This document shows, one piece after another, positions 45,709 to 52,968 of a stretch of 64,000 bases of DNA. The DNA comes from a virus. The notes below the pieces were generated by a model, which saw only the letters and a list, made by a program, of their open reading frames with translations, was not told the DNA's origin and ran no database searches. The stretch spans positions 32,001 to 96,000 of the IMG/VR virus record IMGVR_UViG_3300027741_000027; one strand, 5' to 3'. Position 1 is the stretch's first letter; each line of letters opens with the position of its first letter. The translations under genes were made by a program, and so were the position numbers.

Positions 45709-45978
45709 CTACGCTTTTGCTGCGAACCTGCGGCCCTTGTCTGTCAGGCCGTAGTAGTGGGCAGGGCGGCCACGCTTCTCGCTCTTGACCTTGCCTGTGA
45801 TCTTGACCAGACCGGCCTTCTGCATCCGTGTCATAAATGACGGGGCAACCTCAAGGCTCATGGCCGTTGCTTGGCCCTTCTGTGCCTTGATTGCTGCCAT
45901 TACAGTGGCGGCGTTGGCCTCACCGAAGATTGTGCGGTGGTGCTTGGTGGTCTTGGTGGTTGTCTTGGTTGATGGCAT
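45709..45978 (-). CDS. Winged-helix-like DNA-binding protein
   Basis: MTRMQKAGLVKITGKVKSEKRGRPAHYYGLTDKGRR, a typical wHTH wing (GRP..Y.LT..G); AAGGAG SD. Confidence 0.65.
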   Translation of the reverse strand: MPSTKTTTKTTKHHRTIFGEANAATVMAAIKAQKGQATAMSLEVAPSFMTRMQKAGLVKITGKVKSEKRGRPAHYYGLTDKGRRFAAKA

Positions 45979-46018
45979 TTGGATTATCTCCTTGTTGGTT
46001 GATTGCCTTGTGTTACAC

Positions 46019-46062
46019 ACTGTATCAAATGATTTGATATTGAAAGGTAAAAGGTAAGTAAA
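46019..46062 (-). promoter_or_regulatory. TTTAC-box promoter
   Basis: TTTACT-N5-TTTACC-N21-TACAGT with TG extension. Confidence 0.7.
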
Positions 46063-46074
46063 ATTTAGTCTTCG

Positions 46075-46269
46075 TCAAACGGGCATATTCTTTACGCCGT
46101 ACTGAATCGCCATCTGTAACCAATTCCAGTGAAGGGGGGCGTAAAGCTCTTGCGTTCTCTGGCAAGAATGGCGTAATCCGCAATTCCCGAATGGCATATG
46201 CCAATTGCCTTCTTCGCTGCTACTCCAATGTTCATACGGAGTCGGAGTCTTCTTTTTGTTGGGGTGCAT
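46075..46269 (-). CDS. Hypothetical protein
   Basis: Start reassigned to ATG 46269 (AGGAG SD). Confidence 0.6.
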   Translation of the reverse strand: MHPNKKKTPTPYEHWSSSEEGNWHMPFGNCGLRHSCQRTQELYAPLHWNWLQMAIQYGVKNMPV

Positions 46270-46297
46270 TCTTATCTCCTGATTGGTTGATAGAGTC

Positions 46298-46330
46298 ATA
46301 CTATCAGGTGCTAAGTAAAGAAAAAGTAAA
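46298..46330 (-). promoter_or_regulatory. TTTAC-box promoter
   Basis: TTTACT-N5-TTTACT-N10-TAGTAT with TG extension. Confidence 0.7.
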
Positions 46331-46375
46331 ACTTTCCCAATGCTTTTTACTGCCTTGTCCTCCCGCCCGCCCATC

Positions 46376-46418
46376 ATTATAACGACAGGCGGCGGGGCGC
46401 AAGCAAAGGTTAGGTAAA
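46376..46418 (-). promoter_or_regulatory. TTTAC-box promoter before a G-rich non-coding stretch
   Basis: TTTACC-N5-TTTGCT-N20-TATAAT. Confidence 0.55.
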
Positions 46419-46422
46419 GGGT

Positions 46423-46446
46423 GGAGGGGGCATTTCAGCCCCCTCC
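46423..46446 (-). terminator. Probable terminator hairpin
   Basis: GGAGGGGGC-6 nt-GCCCCCTCC downstream of the 46470-46730 gene. Confidence 0.55.
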
Positions 46447-46469
46447 GTGCCGCTCAACCAAACGGCAAA

Positions 46470-46730
46470 CTATGAAATCTCGTCCTGAAGCTCCCAAATC
46501 TCGATCTGATCGGGGTTCTGAGTCTGGAGGTTGGCAAAGTAATCGCCAATCGCCTCGTAGATCACGCGGCCCAGATCATCTTCGTTGATCTCTGACTCGT
46601 CTGGCGTGAACGGTGTCTTAGGCACCGCTACCAGAATCAGGCAATCTTCGTGAGCTTCTGCGTCCTGAGCAAGCTCATAGAAAGACTTAGGTGCTGCTTC
46701 GATCTTGTTACGACGGTTAAAGAACTTCAT
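46470..46730 (-). CDS. Hypothetical acidic protein
   Basis: 86 aa, AAGGAG SD. Confidence 0.7.
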   Translation of the reverse strand: MKFFNRRNKIEAAPKSFYELAQDAEAHEDCLILVAVPKTPFTPDESEINEDDLGRVIYEAIGDYFANLQTQNPDQIEIWELQDEIS

Positions 46731-46764
46731 GTGATTCTCCTTCGGTTGATTTACTGTGTTTCAC

Positions 46765-46807
46765 ACTCTAGCAGGTCAATTGGAGCTAAAGGTAAAGGAA
46801 TGGCAAA
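46765..46807 (-). promoter_or_regulatory. TTTAC-box promoter
   Basis: TTTGCC-N5-TTTACC-N20-TAGAGT with TG extension. Confidence 0.7.
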
Positions 46808-46821
46808 ACATTAAATTTGAT

Positions 46822-47134
46822 AAAGAAAGGGCCGGGATTGGGGAACTGTGAAATTCCTCTCCCGGCCCTAACTGTCGCATATGCTGGCTATACCTGCTCA
46901 GTGCGCCTATCTTCTGAGTCAGTCGGCTTTATAGCTGCCTTATCGCTGGACACTCTCTACTTTGAGTTCCGAACCCATGATAGCTGTATAGTCGTCTATC
47001 CACTGCACTCGCACCTATGTTAGCGTGGCATCTCATCACGGTCTGTTTTACGAGATTGCTACCGACTCTCGTTAGTCCTCTAACCGACCGTCGCCGGTCT
47101 GACTACATGGCCGATGGGCTAGCTCCATCAACAA
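46822..47134 (-). ncRNA. Candidate ~310-nt structured non-coding RNA of unknown family
   Basis: Has its own consensus promoter and a strong terminator (46822-46869), many nested stems, and no convincing ORF with an SD. Confidence 0.6.
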
Positions 47135-47139
47135 GAACA

Positions 47140-47184
47140 ACTATACAGATGGCCCCATATGAAGTCAAGTAAAGGTTTAGTAAA
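47140..47184 (-). promoter_or_regulatory. Consensus promoter plus TTTAC box for the ncRNA candidate
   Basis: TTGACT-17 nt-TATAGT, with TTTACT-N5-TTTACT abutting the -35. Confidence 0.75.
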
Positions 47185-47232
47185 GGATTTACCAATGCAA
47201 TGGATGGTCTTTGTTCCGCCCTCCCACCCTTC

Positions 47233-47275
47233 ATTATAGCAACAAAACCAATACGAAAAGTAAAGGTTTTGCAAA
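47233..47275 (-). promoter_or_regulatory. TTTAC-box promoter before a G-rich non-coding stretch
   Basis: TTTGCA-N5-TTTACT-N20-TATAAT with TG extension. Confidence 0.6.
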
Positions 47276-47474
47276 AAGCCTATAAAGTGGAAACAGAGAA
47301 AGGTGATGTATTCAGGGTTTTCTTTACTTTTCAGTAGTTTACCCGGATACTTTTCATATTATATAAAGGGGAATATTTTACTTTATATATATTGGTATAT
47401 TTCACTAGGGATATTCTTAGTCTTTTCCCTGCAAAATAAAGGTTTTTATTTTTATAAAATAATACAATAAATTG

Positions 47475-47518
47475 ATTATATCATATTTTTTCCATTTGTC
47501 AAGTAAATATTTGGTTAA
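47475..47518 (-). promoter_or_regulatory. Consensus promoter plus TTTAC box firing into the AT-rich region
   Basis: TTGACA-16 nt-TATAAT with TG extension; TTAACC-N5-TTTACT abutting the -35. Confidence 0.65.
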
Positions 47519-47658
47519 TACTTTACTTATGCCTTAGCTGCACAAAATACCATCACTGCACCTACAACTGCAAATAATACGGTCATAATTCCTTTCAGAT
47601 TGAATATTTTACTTATAAGTATGAATACTTTACTTATGATAAGGGATATATTACTTAT
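47515..47658 (+). repeat. Iteron-like direct repeats (T(G/T)AATA(C/T)TTTACTTAT family)
   Basis: TTACTTAT cores at 47523, 47609, 47630 and 47651; the last three have an exact 21-bp period. Confidence 0.7.
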
Positions 47659-47767
47659 CACCTATTATATACACGGGAGGAAGTGGGGGTGAGTGGAGGG
47701 GGGTGGATAGGTGAACAACCTCACATTGAGCCATTCCATTTGGATTGAAGCACCTCACCCTGCCACC

Positions 47768-47896
47768 TCACAATCCTGCATTCTTCATTTTTGCTTCCCA
47801 ATGCTTATCGTCAATCCATTTGTAAAACTTGAGCGAATTATCCCTCATAGACAGATATAGCTTTTCTTTTGCCTTATTTATTGTTTTCATTATCAT
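47768..47896 (-). CDS. Small hypothetical protein (42 aa), paralog family
   Basis: MIMKTINKAKEKLYLSMRDNSLKFYKWIDDKHWEAKMKNAGL; ATGA-coupled to the upstream gene. Confidence 0.5.
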   Translation of the reverse strand: MIMKTINKAKEKLYLSMRDNSLKFYKWIDDKHWEAKMKNAGL

Positions 47897-48129
47897 GCCC
47901 AAGCTCCCTTGTCTTTATTTCCAAATGGGCCGTTACATTCATCGCAAAAAATATAATCCTCCTCAGGGAATTTTTCTACAATTAAATGAATAGGGCCATC
48001 ATAAGCAATATTATTGCAATCAGGCATACGACACTCTCTAGAAGCTGGATAATCAAATGGCGCGGTTATATGAGTGCCAAGACTACCATCTATTTGATCG
48101 TCTACTATTGGGTCTATTTCTTTATTCAT
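47893..48129 (-). CDS. Small protein with CxxxxC/CxxC motifs
   Basis: 78 aa. Confidence 0.6.
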   Translation of the reverse strand: MNKEIDPIVDDQIDGSLGTHITAPFDYPASRECRMPDCNNIAYDGPIHLIVEKFPEEDYIFCDECNGPFGNKDKGAWA

Positions 48130-48334
48130 TGTTATTCTTTTTTCTTGTCAATAGTTCTAGCCTATGACTCCATAGGTCTATAACCAAAGTATATATGGGC
48201 GAAATAACTGCTCGTCTTTCTGGCAGTAATGCTTCCGCCTTTTGGAGATGAATACCAATAAGATGAAGTGATATATATTGGCGTTCAAATCGAAGGCCGA
48301 TTATTCTTTTCTTTGTATTTATTGTTTTATTCAT
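48122..48334 (-). CDS. Hypothetical protein
   Basis: 70 aa. Confidence 0.55.
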   Translation of the reverse strand: MNKTINTKKRIIGLRFERQYISLHLIGIHLQKAEALLPERRAVISPIYTLVIDLWSHRLELLTRKKNNNE

Positions 48335-48425
48335 TGTTATTTCTTTCTTATTGTTTTATATGTATTCTGGGGATAATCTGAGGGATGATTATGGGCGATT
48401 ATCAGTATAGCCAACTGTCGTGAGT

Positions 48426-48662
48426 CTAGGCATCTAGCTCCTCCCACTTTTCTTTTTCTTTTAGGTCTGTGGTATACATTGCGAAACCGAATAGGCCGAA
48501 CCTCACACGAATATACTTTTCATATGAATTAGTTGTTCGACGGTATACGCCAAATAAATCTTTCAATAAAGCAAGCACCTTTCGGAAAAGACGAGTACGC
48601 CCTGCCCAAACAATCTTGATTTCTTTATTCTTTGTTTTATATATTGTTTTATCTATTTCCAT
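48426..48662 (-). CDS. Hypothetical basic protein
   Basis: Start reassigned to ATG 48662 (AAGGA SD). Confidence 0.55.
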   Translation of the reverse strand: MEIDKTIYKTKNKEIKIVWAGRTRLFRKVLALLKDLFGVYRRTTNSYEKYIRVRFGLFGFAMYTTDLKEKEKWEELDA

Positions 48663-48691
48663 TGTGTTTTCCTTTGTTATTCTGAGATAGG

Positions 48692-48874
48692 TTATCGGCG
48701 ATCTCTTTTGTCTATTGAGGCCGATATTCTTTTCCATTTAGCTTTATCCATTGACAGATAGCTCCACTTGCCAATCCGATCAGCGTACAGGGCAATCTTC
48801 AAATAAATCTTTTCTTTTATGGTGGCCGATTTGATTCTTGCCTCGCATTTAGCTTCCCATATTACTTTATTCAT
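48692..48874 (-). CDS. Small hypothetical protein, paralog family
   Basis: KEKIYLKIALYADRIGKWSYLSMDKAKW. Confidence 0.55.
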   Translation of the reverse strand: MNKVIWEAKCEARIKSATIKEKIYLKIALYADRIGKWSYLSMDKAKWKRISASIDKRDRR

Positions 48875-49049
48875 TGTTATCCTTTTTTGCCCATGAATCT
48901 AGGTCGTACTTATCAACATTAGCAATCATGCGCTCAGTATTTCTTTTCTTATCACCTGCCGCATCCCAAAACTTTTTATCGCTCCAAGTGTAAACTCTAA
49001 ACGAATAATTGCAAATGAAATCGTATGTTCTTTTCTTTATATTAGTCAT
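48867..49049 (-). CDS. Small hypothetical protein, paralog family
   Basis: KKRTYDFICNYSFRVYTWSDKKFW. Confidence 0.55.
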   Translation of the reverse strand: MTNIKKRTYDFICNYSFRVYTWSDKKFWDAAGDKKRNTERMIANVDKYDLDSWAKKDNNE

Positions 49050-49291
49050 TATTCCTGTATATTTCTTTTTTGATTACATCTGTTTGCTTCTCAGGCCGAT
49101 TTTCTTTATTTTATATAAAGATTGCCTGCTCACTTCATTATATCAAAGATGTTCACTTATATCTATTATGTAACAAATGTTACATATAAAATAAAGTGCA
49201 AAAAAGAGAGGGCTTGCGCCCCCTCTCAAACTCTATCCTGCTGCCCACATCACACTTATAAGTATGATAAATAAGAATAAAGCAATGCCGA

Positions 49292-49489
49292 TCATTCGGC
49301 CCTCCACTTACCGTCGCGCCAGATGTATCCCCAATCACTCATTTCTTCGTGATCTTCGTCAGTGCAACGACAGGTGCCATCGCCACTGTAATGATCTGGC
49401 ATAAGAATAAAGTAATCACAGGCCATGACTTCTTTGCGGGCGATTTCTTTATTTACAAACATTGCGTCAAGCAGATTTACTCGTCCCAT
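49292..49489 (-). CDS. Hypothetical protein
   Basis: 65 aa, GGAGG SD; a terminator-like GAGAGGG hairpin lies downstream near 49206-49227. Confidence 0.65.
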   Translation of the reverse strand: MGRVNLLDAMFVNKEIARKEVMACDYFILMPDHYSGDGTCRCTDEDHEEMSDWGYIWRDGKWRAE

Positions 49490-49519
49490 TTGGGAACCTC
49501 CTGATTAGTTGATGTAACC

Positions 49520-49552
49520 ATCGTAGCAAATGCTAGGTAAAGAACGAGTAAA
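49520..49552 (-). promoter_or_regulatory. TTTAC-box promoter
   Basis: TTTACT-N5-TTTACC-N10-TACGAT with TG extension. Confidence 0.7.
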
Positions 49553-49554
49553 AC

Positions 49555-49713
49555 CTACTCCTCAATTTCGATAATATCGGCACACTCGCCATCTTCATTG
49601 ACTAGGATAGCTTCTCTATGGCCGTCCATCACAAGGTCATACGCTTGCTCAGTAGAGTCAGCTTCGACCTCCCAATACTTTCTAATTACTTCTGTAACTT
49701 CGTATCTAGGCAT
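49555..49713 (-). CDS. DpnD/PcfM-like small protein (52 aa, below cutoff)
   Basis: Hand translation MPRYEVTEVIRKYWEVEADSTEQAYDLV...; paralog of the next gene. Confidence 0.6.
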   Translation of the reverse strand: MPRYEVTEVIRKYWEVEADSTEQAYDLVMDGHREAILVNEDGECADIIEIEE

Positions 49714-49924
49714 TAGTTACCTCCTGAATCATCCAATCATAATTTTCAATGTAATTAAAAGCGTTATCAAGGTAATCATCCATTACGCAAGAATACTCTA
49801 GCTTACCTTCGACAACATCTCCACCGCCGTCAATAATACTTTTGATAGCTTCACGCTCATTTTCAGCCTCTACAGTGACCGTCTGATAGTGAAGCTCCGG
49901 CACCAATACTTCGTACTTAGGCAT
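49706..49924 (-). CDS. DpnD/PcfM-like small protein
   Basis: MPKYEVLVPELHYQTVTVEAENEREAI. Confidence 0.6.
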   Translation of the reverse strand: MPKYEVLVPELHYQTVTVEAENEREAIKSIIDGGGDVVEGKLEYSCVMDDYLDNAFNYIENYDWMIQEVTNA

Positions 49925-49927
49925 TAG

Positions 49928-50146
49928 TTACGCCCGATCCCAGACGGGCCAATCGGCAGATTCGGCAATGTCAAGAACATTGTCAATAATTCCTTTTGCG
50001 TCAATTGGATTCCAAGACTCGTCATACACATCCGGCATATCGGGCAAGAAGATGTTTTCGTACTCCTGCAATACGCGAACCACCTCATTAGTTTCGGTGT
50101 CCACGAATACCGTGACGGGAACCATATACTGAACCGCTGCTTCCAT
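49928..50146 (-). CDS. Small acidic protein, paralog of 53689-53910
   Basis: VQY.VPV.VFV.TET.EV.RVL...DIAE..DWP.WD.A; GGAGG SD. Confidence 0.7.
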   Translation of the reverse strand: MEAAVQYMVPVTVFVDTETNEVVRVLQEYENIFLPDMPDVYDESWNPIDAKGIIDNVLDIAESADWPVWDRA

Positions 50147-50240
50147 AACTGCCTCCTATTTGGTTGATTGCAATATAGGGCGGGGCTGTACGCCACCCCG
50201 CCCTTTTCTTTTAGCCGGGATTCTCACCCTGTCTACGATC

Positions 50241-50273
50241 AGTCTAGCAAATCGAATGTAAAGGAAGGGTAAA
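50241..50273 (-). promoter_or_regulatory. TTTAC-box promoter
   Basis: TTTACC-N5-TTTACA-N10-TAGACT with TG extension. Confidence 0.7.
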
Positions 50274-50282
50274 ACTATGAAA

Positions 50283-50501
50283 CTATTTACTTTTGTAATT
50301 GACTGCTTCTGCAAACACTCCATCGCCGTCCCAAAGACTAATGAGGAAGGCATATTTCCACAGACAAAGCACAAAGCTACGAACTACATAATCACCATCA
50401 TTACTTTTTTGACGATAGAGTGTCACTCCTACGTTTCGCATAATTTGATGATTTTCATGCCAACGAACTTGCAATTCTTTATTTTTGATGTTGAATTTCA
50501 T
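50283..50501 (-). CDS. Hypothetical protein
   Basis: Start reassigned to ATG 50501 (ATGA overlap). Confidence 0.55.
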   Translation of the reverse strand: MKFNIKNKELQVRWHENHQIMRNVGVTLYRQKSNDGDYVVRSFVLCLWKYAFLISLWDGDGVFAEAVNYKSK

Positions 50502-50812
50502 TTGTTTACCGATTTGTGAAGTGTGGTCAAGACGACCCATTTGTTTTCTTTTTTATCAAAAACAACAGGGCAAACTATATGACCTCTGTTTAATAAAAGA
50601 TAATGGGAAGTAGAACGCCGACCTCTGACCCAGCTTGGTTTCTTTTCTTTTGGCACAATAATAACATTGCGAAGATAGCCGGTACGCTTGATCCCCATAT
50701 GAGAGATTTCATTTATGATTCTCTCTTGATCTAAGCTCACGGGCAAGACTCTACCATAGTATCGCTCAATGGCGTGATGTGTAAATATAAGTTGTTCAGG
50801 TTTGACTTGCAT
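50498..50812 (-). CDS. Possible BECR-fold (DUF4258/RelE-like) ribonuclease
   Basis: LIFTHHAIERYYGRV...CPVVFD...WVVLTTL. Confidence 0.45.
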   Translation of the reverse strand: MQVKPEQLIFTHHAIERYYGRVLPVSLDQERIINEISHMGIKRTGYLRNVIIVPKEKKPSWVRGRRSTSHYLLLNRGHIVCPVVFDKKENKWVVLTTLHKSVNK

Positions 50813-50827
50813 TACTTTTTATAAAAC

Positions 50828-51028
50828 CTATCCTATGAATGACACTAGCAGGGCCGTAGATGCCATAGACCAAACTATAGCGATTCCTATGCGGTGCCTA
50901 GTGTGCTTACAGAACCCGCGAGCGTAGTAGCCACCCAATGCGGCTAGACCCTCAAAGCCAAGATGCAAAATATAATCAACTAATAATTTATTTATAGCCC
51001 ATCTCCTTCTTATCCCAATATTCATCAT
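50828..51028 (-). CDS. Small membrane protein
   Basis: Two hydrophobic segments. Confidence 0.5.
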   Translation of the reverse strand: MMNIGIRRRWAINKLLVDYILHLGFEGLAALGGYYARGFCKHTRHRIGIAIVWSMASTALLVSFIG

Positions 51029-51115
51029 GGCTTCTGAAATAGTTATCTATGGCCCAATAATATGTTTTATTAGCGATCCGCGCTATCTTTTGATAAACTT
51101 TTCGTTTAATATATA

Positions 51116-51352
51116 TCATATAAAATATCCAAGTGCCTTCTGAACCTTGTCGTCCCATCCGTAGTCAATCCTTCGCCCGTAATGCTCTCTAAGCGCATCA
51201 CGCTTCTCAGGCATATTAACATAGACGTTACAAGCCTTTAGAGACTCTGAATGATTGCCAGCCACATATGCCGGGTCGAAGATGACTTCATCATCATCAT
51301 CAACGACAATCCAGCGATCAGAAGGGTATTTATTTCCTGTTACAACTCTCAT
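51116..51352 (-). CDS. Hypothetical protein
   Basis: 78 aa. Confidence 0.6.
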   Translation of the reverse strand: MRVVTGNKYPSDRWIVVDDDDEVIFDPAYVAGNHSESLKACNVYVNMPEKRDALREHYGRRIDYGWDDKVQKALGYFI

Positions 51353-51518
51353 CTTTAAACTTTACTAATTCGATATTTATTGTGATGATTGGTAGGCCGA
51401 TTTCAAGCCCGGTGTATTTGGTGCCGCGCTTAGTGTCGAACCTGTAGCTCCTGAGCATTAAGCCAAACTGCCAGCCAATTGCAGAGTCAATCCAAACTGT
51501 ATATTTTCCAATACTCAT
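51330..51518 (-). CDS. Hypothetical protein
   Basis: 62 aa. Confidence 0.55.
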   Translation of the reverse strand: MSIGKYTVWIDSAIGWQFGLMLRSYRFDTKRGTKYTGLEIGLPIITINIELVKFKDESCNRK

Positions 51519-51654
51519 TTTTTATTTGGCTTCCATCTACGAAACGGGTTACAAATAATTATGCAAGGGCAGCTATCATATTCTTTGTTATCGCCAAAAG
51601 CGGAAAAGGTTGTACCGACGTACCAGAACCTATTATCAAATAAAAATTTACGCA

Positions 51655-51873
51655 TCACGCCTCCACAACTCTTGAGAGGGAGGCGGCTTCGGCATCACGA
51701 AGGATGGCAAGCTGCTCCTGAGCTACCTCTACAAGCATAGCTGCGTGTTGGATCTCCTTAGAGTCCATCAGGCTCTCAGCACCGGACAGATGAACTGAAT
51801 CACTGTCGTCCATGTAAGCGATGGCCCTAAGACCGAAATCGCCAACTACTTCTACTTTGATTAGGTAATCCAT
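51655..51873 (-). CDS. Hypothetical protein
   Basis: Start reassigned to ATG 51873 (AAGGAG SD); extended -10 TGCTACAGT at 51908-51916 without a TTTAC box. Confidence 0.65.
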   Translation of the reverse strand: MDYLIKVEVVGDFGLRAIAYMDDSDSVHLSGAESLMDSKEIQHAAMLVEVAQEQLAILRDAEAASLSRVVEA

Positions 51874-52094
51874 TGTTAGTTCTCCTTTGATTCGATTGCG
51901 TAAGAACACTGTAGCAGGTTCTCAGGCGTTCATAGATTTGGGTGCATGATCTTTATTAGAAAGCAATACAACGCTGCGATTACTTTATTCATCATCTTCG
52001 TCATTGTTTCTACTTAGCAAGATCAACACAAGCGTCATAATTGTTACATAAAGTATGGTTAAACCTGCTGCCATTGTGACAAAGTGCATTTCGA

Positions 52095-52313
52095 TCACTC
52101 CTCTTCATTCTTGCAATGAGCGCACCACGGACGGTCGCAATCAGCAATTCTTATTGTATTACCATTTGTGCGTAGTGGGCTTACCCACCAATCAACATCA
52201 GATTCATTTTCCCATACTTCGATAGCATCGTCTGTCGTTGCATAAGGGCCATAGACGGTAATCCCATTCAAGGGATCGCCAACTACTACCACCACTCCAT
52301 TTGTATCAGTCAT
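52095..52313 (-). CDS. Small acidic YGPY-motif protein
   Basis: VVVVGDPLNGITVYGPYATTDDA; related to 55303-55548. Confidence 0.65.
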   Translation of the reverse strand: MTDTNGVVVVVGDPLNGITVYGPYATTDDAIEVWENESDVDWWVSPLRTNGNTIRIADCDRPWCAHCKNEEE

Positions 52314-52563
52314 TACTTTCTACCTTCCATGTAAAGCCAGCCTGATCGAGGTAGGTATCACCACGACGTAGGGCCAGCAGAGCGCTATTAATAATTGCGG
52401 CACGATCAACTGCGTAGACCTCAGGATCATCGTCCTCGTCCACGTTCAGCAACAGCAGAGTCTCTTCTGCTGCATCAGCAACAACTGACAGGAACTCGTC
52501 ATCGCCATGAAAAACGTATCCGCCTTCTGCCCCGTCATTGCTATAAAAAACAAGCTCAGTCAT
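52306..52563 (-). CDS. Small acidic hypothetical protein
   Basis: 85 aa, coupled to its neighbours. Confidence 0.65.
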   Translation of the reverse strand: MTELVFYSNDGAEGGYVFHGDDEFLSVVADAAEETLLLLNVDEDDDPEVYAVDRAAIINSALLALRRGDTYLDQAGFTWKVESND

Positions 52564-52798
52564 TTTCTTTTTTATTCTCCAATATTCCTTCTACAGTATC
52601 AATCACTGATTGCAATGATTGTGTTTTATTGATTTTAGCTTTCGCTACGTTGAGCCTAGCAAATCCTTCATAGCTATTCAAGTTCTGAATAGCGAACGTC
52701 AGATCCTCTAGGCCGTTCTCTACGCTTTTGTGAATGCCGTACAGGACAACCTCCATCTCGTCAATCACATCTTGTATTTCGTGCTTTTCGTAACTCAA
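52556..52798 (-). CDS. Hypothetical protein
   Basis: 80 aa, TTG start with AAGGA SD. Confidence 0.6.
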   Translation of the reverse strand: MSYEKHEIQDVIDEMEVVLYGIHKSVENGLEDLTFAIQNLNSYEGFARLNVAKAKINKTQSLQSVIDTVEGILENKKEND

Positions 52799-52968
52799 TT
52801 TTTTCCTTTAGCTTCTCTGGTGTCCAATTTTTATACTCAAAAAGAGCGTTGATGCGCTCTTTTTCTTTTGCTTTATCTGATTTCTTTTTATTAGCCATAA
52901 ACGGTGACGGCGACTACCCCCTTTGACAGAAAATAGTCGCCGCATTGTTTAACTATTGCGTCAAATGC

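Noticed and set aside
46875-47030. Group I intron-like R/S elements (GACGACTATAC ... CAGGTATAGCC)
   Set aside because: The P7 pairing would contain an A-C mismatch, P3 and P4 could not be built convincingly, and there are no flanking exons. Kept only as something for Infernal to test.
46822-47134. tRNA, tmRNA, RNase P or hammerhead identity for the ncRNA candidate
   Set aside because: There is no cloverleaf or CCA end, no GGGG...CCACCA termini, no RNase P P4 consensus and no complete hammerhead core. GGGTTCGGAACTC only superficially resembles a T-arm.
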